A DNA stretch of 64,000 nucleotides from Octopus bimaculoides (GCF_001194135.2 NC_068991.1:60552233-60616232), one strand, 5' to 3'; positions 11,000-24,269 are shown, numbered from the stretch's first letter. The notes: generated by a model not told the origin, from the letters alone. Made by a program: numbers and translations.

Positions 11000-12800
11000 G
11001 GTAATGAGTATAGTGAGGAATTCCGGGTAGAAGTAGGTGTTCACCAGAGACCAGTCCTCTGCACCCTCTTATTCATCAACAGAGGAATTCAAGATAGGCT
11101 ACTCCTGGGAGCTCCTCTATGTTGATAATCTTGCTCTAATAGCTGATTCACTACCAGAACTAGAGATGAAGTTTCAGATGTTGAAGCAAGATCTAGAATT
11201 GAAGTGCCTAAGAGTCAATCTAGCAAAACCCAAAGTCCTAGTAAGTAGGAAGACAGACAAATCACAAACCCCTTCAAGTAGATGACCCTGCTCAATCTGT
11301 AGAAAAGGCATAGGTAGAAACTCCATATGATGTACCCGGTGTAAGCTATGGACACAAGAGGTGCAGCAATATTGAAGAAAGGTTAACCAGGAAGATAATT
11401 TTTGTGTGTGGCAGATGCACAGAGGCAATAAATACCAAAAATGTACAGAAAACAGATTCCATCACATGCCAGGGGGAGAAACTAGAAGTAGTTGATAGCT
11501 TCCGCTACCTAGGTGACAAAGTCTGTAGTTGGGGTGGATGTTTAGAGAGCGTAGCCGCTAGAATAAGAATAACCTGAGCAAAGTTTAGAAAGCTCCTACC
11601 ACTGCTGGTAACAAAGGGCCTAGTGAAAAGTAGACTCTATGATGCAAGTGTGCAAATAGCCATGCTACATGGCAGTGAAACATGGGCCATTACTGCTGAG
11701 GACATGCGTAGACTTGAAACAAATGAAGCTAGTATAATCCACCTTGAGAGAAAAGTTAGGCATAGTCCAACTTTTCTCTCAGGGCACTTACACTGTTGTG
11801 TATGCACACTGACATTACACATCCAGCAGATCATACTAGCTTCATTTGTTTCAAGTCTACACATGTCCTCGGCAGTAATGGCCCATATTTCACTACTGTG
11901 TAGCATGGCTGTTCGCACACATGTATCATAATGTCTACTTTTCACTCTGAGTGAGAGACTATGGTGCTGCTATGCCAGTCATTGGTTATGACGCCTTCGT
12001 GAACTACCTGGTTTACAATACAGGTGACTAGACCATAACCCACACCCTCAGATATTTTAAGCATCTCAGTAGTGATTCCTAATGGGCCAGGTGCTTTCCC
12101 TGTCTTCATATCATTAATTACTTTATTTATCAGGGTACTGTTGATGCGAGTAGCTGGTTCCTCAATTGAGTCAATGTTTGGCAGGCTCGCCTCCTCCCAT
12201 TCATTCTCCATGTTCAGCAGATTTTCATAATGGCATCTCCAAGCCTTTTTCTTTGCAGAATCATTAAATGCAAATGCACCATGATCCATGTGGATACGTT
12301 TCCCTCCTATGACATCTCAATTTTCTCTCACACACTGTTTTGTATGTATGTATGTATGTATCAGAGGCATCAGATGTGGTGTGCAAGAGAGACGACTGCA
12401 CTGGTATGGTCATGTGCTACGTATAGATGAGGACAGCTGTGTGAAGAAGTGTTACACCCTAACAGTAAAAGGAACCTGTGAAAGGGGTAGACCCAGGAAG
12501 ACATGGGATGAGGTGATGAAGCACAGCCTTTGAACATTGGGCCTCCAAGAGCGTAGTTCCTAGAATAAGAATAAGCTGGGAAAAGTTCAGAGATCTTTTA
12601 CCTTTGTTCAGAGTGAAAGGTAGACTGTATGATGCCTGTGTACGAACAGCCATGCTACACTGCTGTGAAACATGGGCTGTGACTGCTGAGGACATGTGAA
12701 GGCTTGAATGAAATGAAACTAGTATGCTGTGCTGGAGATGATGACAAGTGATCGAGATCTTTGGCAATTTGCTGCGCTTGAGAAGACACATCAACAGGGA
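11000..12800. mobile_element. Rearranged RTE-type LINE mosaic (RT and post-RT fragments, both strands)
   Basis: Plus: degenerate HQ.SVL.PLLF, LYVDNL (YADD), FRYLGD. Minus 11945-12289: KTGKAPGPLGITTEMLK. Plus 12360-12540: RRLHWYGHVLR...RGRPRKTW. Many stops and frameshifts. Confidence 0.85.
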
Positions 12801-14686
12801 AGGTCACCATTGGACAATTCATTTAGTTTCTCAGCAAAGATGTCCATCTAATATGGGATTCCAAAACTGGGGTTAGCTCAGTATTCAGAAACACAACTGG
12901 GTCATAAAAACAGTGTCTTTCCATGTAATTATCAGAGATTTTCCCACCCAGAAAGTAATAACATAAGCTTGAAAAAACTGGTCAATAGTTGGACACCCAA
13001 TTTAAACCAACCCTTTAAAATCAATATCTTGCATGCAGATGTGGACATTTCCTATAAGGCTTCAAAAATGAATAGATGTTTGTTAGACTCTGTTGATTCT
13101 GGATTAGAACATATTTGTTTTCACTATAATTTCAAAAATTCTAGGGATGAGAAATAAATTTGAAGAAGGGCTATTTTGTGAAAAAATTGTAATTTTTGTT
13201 CTACCACTTTGCTAACTTACCAACCCATTCACTCTGTCCTGTTTTCTGAACCATTTTAGTTATATTCACCTTCCTGTAACTTGAGGGTACTCCTAGACAC
13301 TTCTTCAGTTATCTTCCCTCCAACTGGGGTAGCTATTTATCTTCTCTATACCAAAGCATGCATTTTCTATCCCTCTATCATACTTTAGTCTCTCATCGCC
13401 TGGCATAAAGCCACCTCTCTCAGCACTACACACCTTCAATCAAGGAATCTCATCTTGCAAATTACTTGATGATCTAACAAGTACTAATGCTACAGAAAAA
13501 GCACCCAATACACTCTGTTAAGTGAATCAATTAGAAAGGGCATCCAGCCATAGAAACCATACCAAAGTAGACTTTGAAGCTCAACATGGCACTGTCAAAC
13601 TATCCAACCCATGCCAGCACAGAAAATGGATATTAAACGATAATGATGATGATCTGTAATTGTATACGTTTCAATTAGTGTTGCTAACGAAGTCGTCTAA
13701 TTCACAATACTGATCTGGTTTCGATAGATATTTGTTCATCATTCATTCAGGAATAAGTGAAAAAATAACATTGTTATGAGCTATTTTTATCGTTGTTTGA
13801 ACTTACTAAAATGTTTAAAATGTTTTCTTGGTTGTTTTGCAAATTACTGAAAAAGGAAGATTGCTTTTACTTCTTTCAGTCAATACACTGAGACCATACT
13901 GGAGCACAGACTTGAAGGGTTTATTTGGACAAATTATCTCCACTACTTACATTTAAGCTTGGCAATTTTTTTTACTGGTTTCTTTACCAATCCCTTAAGT
14001 TATGGGGATGTAAACAAACCAACACTGGTTGTCAAGCAAGTAGAGACAGAAAAACAAACTCAAAGACACATCCACCCACCCACACATATATAAATATATA
14101 TGACAGACATCCACAGTTTCCCTCTACCAAATCCACTCACAAGGAATTTGCCACTCCTGAGCTACTGTAGAAGACACTCGCTCAAGACGCCATAGAGTGT
14201 GATTGAACCCAAAAGCACATGGTTGCAAAGTGAGCTTTTTAACCACACAGCTAGCCAGGCCTGTACCTATGGGAATATGTAAGTCCCACTGCATGGCACC
14301 TTTGGCAAGTGTCTTCTTACAATTACCCCAGGTTAACCAAAGCCTTGTGAATGGATTTAGTAGACAGAAACTGAAAGAAGACTATCATGTGTGTGTGTGT
14401 GTGTTTACCATGGTCCTGATATCACATGATGTTATAAACAAGCATCATTGTCATACAAGTGGGGTTCATTTCCAGTTTTCTATGAAAGGTGTGTCTGGCA
14501 ATGGGGAAATGTTACCTTGCTTTGAAACAGGTGATGCTAGGTGACAGGAAGAGCATCTCTGGCTATAGAAAAACTGCCTCAACAAAATATTCTCTGACCC
14601 ATGCAGACATGGAAAATTAGATGCTAAATGGTGAGGATGAAATTTTAAAACATAGTTTCCATGCATTGTATACCAGTTTTATATGC

Positions 14687-14722
<36 letters not shown>

Positions 14723-15853
14723 NNNNNNNNNNAGTCAGTTGAGGTGTGTTCTGTTAAGAACATATAAGAGTACAAATAGAGCCATAAATGTTGTAGCATG
14801 GAAATCTAAATTTACTTATGGAGACAGCAACTGAGTATCACCTGAGGAGATACATACAGATCTTCTTATACAGGTAAATCGTTACATAATTTAATTTAGA
14901 CTCAACTTTAAATCCTGTATATACGAAGATCTGCATGTATCAAAACATTTGTAGCGATTAAAAAGCTGCCTAACCGTACTTACTATTCCTTTTGACTCTT
15001 TTACTTTTTACATATACATATATATATATATATCTCCAGCGTGTGATGAAATAAATATATTGGGAAACATTGTTCTAGGTTGACTTTGGCTGAAGTAAGG
15101 CTGTATAATGTGTATCTTGCATAAATACCAATTGTGAAGCTAAAGACAAAATTTGAACATATTAACTTTAAAACTAAAATTTACAAATGATCTCATAGCT
15201 TTATTTAAAGCAATGAGCTGGCAGAATTGTTAAAGTGCGGGACAAAATGTCAGGTGGAATTGCTTCGGATTCATTATGTTCTGAGTTCAAATTCCATCAG
15301 GGTCAATTTTGCCTTTCAATCCTTTGTGGTCAATAAAATAAAGACCCAATCAAGTATTGGGGTTGATGTAACCAACTTACATTTCTCCTCTCAAAATTGC
15401 TGTCCTTGTATCAAAATTAGAAGGAATTATATATACAAAGCCTTGCTAGCTAGCAGCTGTTGCTGCTCTGTCTTCCGTGATTTTTCTTCTCCGTTTTATA
15501 ATTCTGTTCTCTAGATCTTTACCACTCTACCCACACCCGCCAACAACCTTCAATGAAACTTGTCTGATGCCTCCCTTCCTCCCTCTACCTCTCTTCTTCC
15601 TATTTATACTGTTTCTTTCACTCTGAACTCCACCACCGAACATAAGGTATTTTATCCTCAGCATAAAAATCCCTCCATCTTTTCCTATGTGTTTTTACAA
15701 AACACTTATCTCTAACTCTTTGAGGACAATAATCATACTAACTTCATTCAAAGAATTATTACATAACCAAGAAAAAGCACCAGAAGCAACAAAACACAAC
15801 AAGAATGACAATGACCATATGAAAAATGAAAACAAAAAACAAAAGTGTTACTT

Positions 15854-16140
15854 TTATTTTAAATTTCGTTTCAATCCAATACTAAAATCAAATAGTTTCT
15901 CTTGGTGAAAAATTCCTTTTTTATCCAGTAGGAAATGGAACCATTTTCCTTTCATTTTCAATGGGATCTGGGTTTTAGGTGAATTTCGTTGCTGGAGACA
16001 GCTAATCGAATCAAGGGGTGCAACATAATTAGACTTGTAACCAAATGTGTCGATTTTCACAGTACGCCCCCCTTTCAGGAGCCACAGTTGTTTGACAGCT
16101 CGGCGTGGATAGATGATGCTAATGAATAATACAAGATAAC
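15854..16140 (-). CDS. TMEM223: TMEM223 coding exon 2 (terminal)
   Basis: Acceptor tttctttctcttgcag, phase 1. GYLVLFISIIYPRRAVKQLWLLKGG...IPLKMKGKWFHFLLDKKGIFHQEKLFDFSIGLKRNLK* matches the human C-terminus LPLKVKGRRFYFLLDK.G.F...KLFD..VG..RSL. Confidence 0.92.
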
Positions 16141-18772
16141 CTGCAAGAGAAAGAAAACAAAAAGATAACTATCTTTGATGAAGGAGATGGAATGTAATAG
16201 CTGAAACAGATAGGGTTGTTGTTGTTATTGTTGAGTAGCTCTGATCAGTTCGACCACAAATGCAGTTGATTAAAAGTCAAGGAGCAAACCATAAATTCAT
16301 TTACTCACTCATTTAATCCCTTTGCTCCTTATGGAGTATAATCCTTCAACAATTTCTCTCCATTGTTCTCAATTCTGAGCTGCCTTTTCTGCTTCTCTCT
16401 AGTTGGATCCCTACTTTTTCAGCTCTGCCTTATTCATATGTTTCCCTAAGGGAAGGCCTTCTTCTTCCTGGTCCTGTTGGTTTTGAATTGTCATTGATGT
16501 TTCTGTAACTTTGTCATTTTTTCTAGGTAGGGATGTTGGCTCTATGCAAACCATTTTTTTTTTTATCTCTAGGAAGAGCTGGTCCATATCTGTCTGGTTT
16601 CCCTTGACATGGGAGTTTGCATTCTGCAGGCATAGCTCTCAGGGTCACTGAGGCACATAAGCCATCACACAAGCTGGATATTATGGTGGAACCCATACAT
16701 TCAGCAGACTAGAAATGCAATTTTTTTTAGTTTAAACTTTATCCAAACTGAATATAAAATTAATAATTAGCACATCCAACATAATTGGATGTGTTGACTA
16801 GATTGCCTTTGAACTGCTATTAACATCCAGAAATACCATCTCATGCTGATAGCTTGTGCTTATTAAGCACTGACAATATGAACTGATGAAACAATTGTCT
16901 GCACTGCAGGATGGTATTACCATATGATGTGATTTCCCTGTGAACCTAAAATTACTGAGGTGTAACAAAATAACAAATATGAAATATCGGTTTAAAATTT
17001 TGATACAAGGCCTGCAATTTTGGGGGAGGAAGTAAGTCAATTACATTGACCCTAATGTTCAACTGGTACATATTCTATCAATCCTGAAAGGATGAAAGGT
17101 AAAGTCAACCTTGGTGGAATATGAACTCAGAACACAAAGATGGATAAAATGCCACTAAGCATTTTGCCCAATATGCTAATGATTCTGCCAGCTTGCTGCT
17201 TTAATAATGGTAAAATATTGACTGGAAAATAGCATAAACAACATCACAAAAGATGAAGCTAATCTTCAGCATTTCATTTGATGCAGACTATACATGAGGA
17301 ATTGACAAATTAAAAGGTGGAGGAACTGCTCTGAAGCACCCCCGCCCCACCAAAAAAAACCCAATAACAATGAATTTGTTTGTCCTCAAGGAACCTACAC
17401 CTCTTCATCTATATTAGCCATCTAATGGACATAATCCCCCAATATAACCTGCTAAATTGTGTTATATTCATATATTTTTTTCTCTCAGATGAGTTTCATT
17501 GAGGTGTCTGTTTCTCTGACTATTTCCCTTCTCTTTCATGTGCTGTTGACACAACACCTCAATTGGCATTTTCCCTAATTGTCTTCAGGTGATATTTCTG
17601 AGCTTGACCAGTGTTTGAGCTGGGTAGCTTTATTTTACCAAGTGAGCCAGATGTTTTCACCACTGACCTACTGCACTGAAGAATGATAACATTGTCATTT
17701 TAAGGTACTTAAGGATGAGACTAATTAGTCTAATTAATCTCCATATTTTTTCATCTCAGAAAAAATATGGACAAGTCTTGGCATGGACGTGAGATAATGA
17801 AAGATAGTACATGTTTAGTTTGCGAGAATTGTGGTGGGTGAGTGCAGTGGTTTGAATCCTTATTGCGAGCTGGAAATAAGAACATGAAGGTTGTAGTGTT
17901 TTAATCATTCTAGGATTTTTAAAGTTAAGATTAAGCTGGCAAAAGATTGTGTGGAAACTGCCCATTTTAAGTTTAATAACTGTGATGACTTCTCAGTTTT
18001 CAAATTCTGGAGATTTAGCAGTGTTGAAACGGGTAGTTAAAGATGTTAGTGAGTAAAGAAAATTTTTCAAGTGCCTTTGTGTTTTAGTGTGTTTATGAAT
18101 TTGTGAAATTTTTTTTTTTTTTTCGGTACTTTTTATGTTACTCTAGCCTATTCAACACTGAAAACAAGTACCAGCTGACTGCCGGTGTAGCTCTTCTTAC
18201 CTCCAGTTACCACATCTCGATTCGATGTTCTGTTGGGCTTCGAGTGGAAAAATCAAGATGTCTGTCTGCTCGCGACGGTTGGGAACATCCAAGACAACTA
18301 GCATAAGCGTGGTACAAGTACCAACTCACTTTCGCTAGCGAAGTAGAAGTAGTATAGAAGTAGTAAAGATGTGTNNNNNNNNNNNNNNNNNNNNNNNNNN
18401 NNNNNNNNNNNNNNNNNNNNNNNNNNNNNNNNNNNNNNNNNNNNNNNNNNNNNNNNNNNNNNNNNNNNNNNNNNNNNNNNNNNNNNNNNNNNNNNNNNNN
18501 NNNNNNNNNNNNNNNNNNNNNNNNNNNNNNNNNNNNNNNNNNNNNNNNNNNNNNNNNNNNNNNNNNNNNNNNNNNNNNNNNNNNNNNNNNNNNNNNNNNN
18601 NNNNNNNNNNNNNNNNNNNNNNNNNNNNNNNNNNNNNNNNNNNNNNNNNNNNNNNNNNNNNNNNNNNNNNNNNNNNNNNNNNNNNNNNNNNNNNNNNNNN
18701 NNNNNNNNNNNNNNNNNNNNNNNNNNNNNNNNNNNNNNNNNNNNNNNNNNNNNNNNNNNNNNNNNNNNNNNN

Positions 18773-18806
<34 letters not shown>

Positions 18807-19185
18807 GTCCGATTTTGGTAAAGGGTTTTTATAAAGAAATTTAATTATCTCCCATCTTGACAGAGCGTTTCTTACTTACCTCCCTTCGATGTAACTTCAG
18901 CAACAGTAGAAAGTCTGGCCAGCTACTCGATTGGGATATTTTAGCTCAAATTTTGGAGATTAACTTCGTCTTTCAAAAGTCACGAACAATTAAAATAAGT
19001 ACTAGTGTCCTATTGCGATCAGATCAATCATCTGTACACCTTTTTACAGCAAGGACAAAATTTCAAGCACTTGTTGAGATGAAAACTGAGTATACATATA
19101 TAGTTGATTGCATGCCAGACGTAACCCAGTTTTAGCAGCGCATATTCAACAGAAAGAAACTTTTTGGTATATTAGAATATATAGA

Positions 19186-19420
19186 CCCCGTTTCGGTCAT
19201 GAATGACCACAGGATTCTACATAGAAAGTTCCCCTCCGAGGCACAAGTCCAGGTAAGTTTGTTAATAGGAGACCAGCATTCGCCCATGCGTACCAGCCTC
19301 CCCTCTCCATGCCACCAATATTATCGAAGGGAAAAGCAAAAGCCGATACTGCTTGGCACCAGTGACATTGCAACTCATTTTTATAGCCGAGTGAACTGGA
19401 GCAACTTCGCATATAGGACT
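19186..19420 (-). mobile_element. SINE family D body/tail; inverted partner at ~20255-20460 (+)
   Basis: Reverse complement aligns with 20255-20460 (GTTGCTCCAGTTCAC...GGAGAGGCTGGTA...TGGACTTGTGCCTC...TTCATGACCGA). Confidence 0.7.
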
Positions 19421-19493
19421 CCGGGTGATTCTTTCGGAGCCTTTTTTTTTTTTCATGTATGTCATATATACCATCAAATATGGTAACTTTTGG

Positions 19494-19631
19494 GGGTAAA
19501 TTTTCAGATTAACACCCGCACGATTTTCACTAGGGTGTTAGGGTCAGGGTTAAGTACGGAATTTCCTAACCCTAACCCTAACCCTAACACCCTAGTGAAA
19601 ATCGTGCGGGTGTTAATCTGAAAATTTACCC
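19494..19631. mobile_element. 138-bp palindromic MITE with perfect 51-bp arms and telomere-repeat core
   Basis: 19494-19544 is the exact reverse complement of 19581-19631. The interior has TTAGGG/TAACCC units. TSD not resolved (best 5/8). Confidence 0.75.
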
Positions 19632-22229
19632 TTTTTTTGCTAATGATAGATCAGTCCATCAGAAATCTACACTTCACAGAGATAGAAGAGGCTTATAATA
19701 AAAAAATAAATGAATTGATAGATGAATATAGATTCTGAGAAAAATCTTGTGTTAGTGATGAAGTGCTTAGTACGATAAAGAGATAAGAAGTGTTTTTGTT
19801 GCATAACATTCATTGATTCTTATCTTCCTTGATGTACAATATCAGGTGTTGTCAGTTGTTAACTGTCTCTTTTGTTATTTATAATTTATCACGAAGTGAA
19901 TGCATGTGGCTTTTGGTTAAGGTGTTGCCATCACCATTGCCATGAAGTGTTCTTGAGCAAAACACTTCATTTCATGTTGCTCTATGATTACTTTGACAGC
20001 TGATATGTAACACACTGTGCAATGTTGATTTGATGGAAGGAGTATGCTAATGTGCAGCACAAACATTATACGTGCAAATCATCAATGAAGGTTGTTCAGC
20101 AAGAAAATGCAGAACACGTATCTGTCATTTACAACAGGAGAGTAAAAAAAAATAATAAAATGAATAAACATAAGAGTATGGTAGATGGCAGAAGCAATAA
20201 TGCACCGGACTGAAAATCATGAGTGTTGTGTTCTTGAGCAAGACACTTTATTTCACGTTGCTCCAGTTCACTTAACTGTAAAAATAAGTTGCAATGTGAC
20301 TGGTGCTAAGCTGTATTGGCTTTTGCCTTCCCCTCTGTGGCATAAAGAGGAGAGGCTGGTATGCATGAGCAACTACTGGTCTCCTATAAACAAACTTGCC
20401 TGGACTTGTGCCTCTGAGGGGAACTTTCTAGGTGCAATCCCATGGTTATTCATGACCGAGGGGGGGGGGAGGTCTTTATCTTTTCTTTTTACCTATTATA
20501 TAAAAGATACGTAGAATATAGCAGTATAGCCTCCTCTTCATCATCATCATCATGTCTGTTTCCTATGCTAACATTTGTTGGATGGGTTGTTATAGTCCGA
20601 GTCAATTCTTAATTGGAGTTACTGCTTCCTTAGATGAATTGAAAGGCAGTAACATCAAGTCTTGCTCACATTTTCCAATCTTGGAGTGATTTCTATGGTC
20701 AGAAGCCCTTCCTAATGCCAACTACTTTAGAGTATTTACTGGGTGCATTTTATTGTGGCATCAACATTAGAGAGATTGCTGTGTCCTTGGGAAACCTAAA
20801 GAGTCCTCTATACTCTGAGAGACAGTGATTGGCAGCTGCATGTTGGTTGTTGGTAAGGAGATTGACTAGAAAAGAGGCATGATGGAAAAAAGAGTGATAA
20901 GGAGGTGATAGTATGGGAGATTAGGAACAGAGATATAGTTAACGAAGAATGATAGAAGAGAATATTTTAACAGAAATACTGAAGGACTGAAAGATGTAAT
21001 GGTAAGAGAGATGGCTAGCAGTAAAGAAGAATTATGGTAGAAAGCAGTGAATCAGATGGTCTGAGTTTCTGAATGGTCATTGATAGTCCATTCCAAGCTT
21101 TGATGCCACAAGGTTCTCAGTATGAACAATGGACATTACCATGTCCATTGTTCATTGGAAATTAGATCAGAGAAGTCACTTAAACATTAAACATTAGTGC
21201 TATAAACCTAGTGTCCTGTATATTGGTACATCACTAACAGTGTAAACTGCAGTGATGTAAAAGAATAATATATTATTTTCACAGGGGCTGTGCCAGGATT
21301 TGAACAAGCATGTAAGCTAATGAAGCACAACCAAACAAGACAACTTCTACATGATCCACTAGAATAGTAACTAATCTCTCTAAAATCACATCCAATCATA
21401 TTAAAGAAACGATAGACACATTAGCCAGTGTAGTCTTAGATACATGCGGCTGGGAAAAAACGACAGAATAGTTAAGACAGAAATGTTTCTGATCATAGGT
21501 TGAGATAAAACAAAACTGACCAGTGGCTAAACAATTAATGAAAATCCCTTAATTACTCATTGTACTTGGTTGTCTACAACATTTCTCTTCGTGACATCTA
21601 TTTATAGCTAAGTGCACTACGAGGTTATGTATCATTACAAAACTCACGTATCAACATCTGTAAGACAGTATCGAACTCACTCGGACAACGGTGATTTTCA
21701 GTACAGATGTTGTTTACCCTCAGGACAACCGAGCAGACCAATGATCAAAGGCATTTTCAGCTATGATAATGCTGTCTTTTGGTAGGTATCTAGGAATACA
21801 TAATTCAATGTCTCCTCCGCCATTCCTTTTTTAGGGCGGTAGAGTTTGAGTTGATAGGTATTTGGCTACTGTTTTTAGCAGGTCGAGTAAATACACATAG
21901 GCTCCTTCTCGGCAAGGATAAAATAAAAATAAGAACATTTACTCATTCATTTGTTTCAAAGGCTCTTTGCAAAGTTTTAAAAAGTTCAGGTTTGTTTCGA
22001 GCATACAAGCTCACTTGGCCGGAGGTAATCCGGATTCTATTGCTATTAAGCGACTGAGAATACCAGACAGACCAGGATTCTGAACGGAGAGCCAAATCTA
22101 TCGAAAGGTTAAACCCCTGTTCCTGATGATACTCATTTAGTTGCAAAGTAAGTGATATGATTCGCCCAGAAGATAGCTCCACAAAGAAAGAAACTAACAA
22201 ACACAAAAAATATGAATAAAAATACCAAC

Positions 22230-22743
22230 CAACAGATATACAAAGTAAAGCTATGCCGTTGCGATACTTGTTCTCTCCTAAATTAATTCTTTTCCACCAC
22301 GGTGGCTTAGTAACATTCCCATTTGTTTCCTGTTCTTTGGGTTTGACGTCTCTCAACGTTGTGTAGGAGAAACCGGCCAGGTGGACCCAGAAAAAGAACT
22401 GTAAAATACCGAGGAAAGCCAGAAGTTTGTAAAATTTATCGTTCTTATATGAATATATTAAAGTGTCTTTAGTTACTCGATCGTTTACTTCAAACGGTAG
22501 TCCAGTTGGAAGCTGACGAGAAGCAGAAGTAAATATATGTCTATTCAACACGAAAGTTGACAGTAAAGGTACAAAGTGCGATCTCAAGGGTATTGCTGAA
22601 AGCGATGTTTTGTTGCCGTGTTTAATGAGATTATTCACTTGCCCAATGTATCTTTGATTGTATATTGTGTCTTTGAACCTAAACATAGGTTTGAACGAAG
22701 AACATCGTCCTAAACACAAACTTCGATACAATAACACATGCAT
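22230..22743 (-). CDS. TMEM223: TMEM223 coding exon 1 (long basic presequence plus first TM segments)
   Basis: KDTLIYSYKNDKFYKLLAFLGILQFFFWVHLA...YRNGIALLCISVG matches human RDVLLFEHDRGRFFTILGLF..GQGVFW...WRYGLAVGCGAIG. Donor G|gttggt is the only phase-compatible one. Spliced CDS 801 nt, 266 aa. Confidence 0.9.
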
Positions 22744-23400
22744 CTTCTAATTATTGCGATTGTTATGCATTAAATGAAGAGCATAAGTACAAAGGGAGAC
22801 TATTCTCCTATAACAAAGGGAATTAATCTAAGAACATGACCTTGATACCTCATCAGTTACGGCTTCACAAAATCGGTAGAGCAACGGACAAACTTAGTAT
22901 TTAGTTACTTCTTTTCGTGTTCTAAGTTCAAATACCATTGAGCTCATCTTTGCTTTTAACTTTTCTGGTACTGAAAAAAATAAAATAAAATCGTAGTTAA
23001 ATATTAAGGTCGATATCATCGACTATATTCCACCCCTAAATGTGTGACCTAGTGCCATTTTTACTTTCTTGTAATAAAAAAAAAAAAGGGAGAATCAGCA
23101 ACGCACCAGATCAAATTTGTTGTGGTATTTAGTTGCTGTCTTTCATGTTCTGAGTTTGAATCTTGTCAAAGTTAACTTTATAGACTTTGGAAACATCACG
23201 GCAACGAAAATATCAACAAGTGTTGATAGTTAGGCCATATTCTCTCCAAATCTGTGCTGTTGCACTTATGTTTGTGACTAATTATCATTATCTTAAAAAA
23301 AAAAAGAAGCTACCGTCTTTTCCTCCCTGTACTGTCTGGTTTGTCTGTTGTACAGCTGTATCAGTTTTCTTAGAAAAGTCCAAGTTGCGTTACAAAAGAT

Positions 23401-23576
23401 TGGATCTTTGAATTCGCTTATGAAGTGTAATACAGTCTGTTAATTTTCCTGAAAGCTTTGTGGAGAAAAGATGCTTGATTTTTATTAATGGATCTTTGAG
23501 TTTGCTTATGAAGTGTATTACCATCTGTTAATTTCCCTGAAGGCTTTATGGAGTAAAGATGCTTGATTTCTTTAAT
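23401..23576. repeat. 88-bp tandem duplication
   Basis: TGGATCTTTGA...ATGCTTGATTT units start at 23401 and 23489, moderately diverged. Confidence 0.85.
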
Positions 23577-24269
23577 ATTGAAATATGAAAGTTGTCAACC
23601 ATCCAAGCCAACCAAAGGTCTGAGTCTAGGAAGCATCTATGTGATCTTTTGAACTGCAAGAAATAACAGTCAAATCTCCTTCAAATCAAATCTTGAAAAC
23701 AATCCCCCAAAAAACAGAAAGGACATGTTAGATACCTCTAAAAAGGCAAAAAAAAAACTTTAATCATAGGTGGTCAAGGCAAGAAATTCTTTAATCATTG
23801 ATCTGAACTTCAATGAAACACAGTTGGATCAGTAAGATACTGACACGTATTTTGTAAAGAAATAACTTAGTCCAAACATCTGTAAAAAGGTACCATAAAG
23901 AGGGATGCTGTAAACAAGTGAGAGATGCTAATCAGCTCAACTGACTAAGAGTATATGAGCCAATAAATAAGCCTCTAAATCTCATCTGAATTGGAAATAG
24001 CAGCAATATCACCTTTAAATCAGAGAGAGGGAGAGAGAGAGAGAGAGAAATATGGTTAGAATTGGAATACCTTTAGTGATAATTTGAAATTAAACAACCA
24101 CCATGTGTCTGCTCAATGAGGGTTGATCTAGGGCCAAACAATGCCTAAGGATTTAAAGTTAGAAAAGCTATATACAATAAGTACCAGACATCACTAGTGT
24201 CTTCTTTTATAGCTCCAGGCTGGCCAGAGTCTTAAGAGTGGATTTGGAAGATGGAAGCTGAAAGAGGTC

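Noticed and set aside
13690-13760. Minus-strand CTGAATGA...ATCGAAAC motif
   Set aside because: Non-canonical core, weak stems, no stem I pairing at the cleavage site.
16165-16215. TGATGAAGG...CTGAAACAGATAG with CTATC/GATAG pairing
   Set aside because: No NUH site or stem III; overlaps the TMEM223 polypyrimidine tract.
19183-19225. GGTCA-TTCA-TGACC-GAAAC hairpin at a SINE tail
   Set aside because: CUGANGA core absent.
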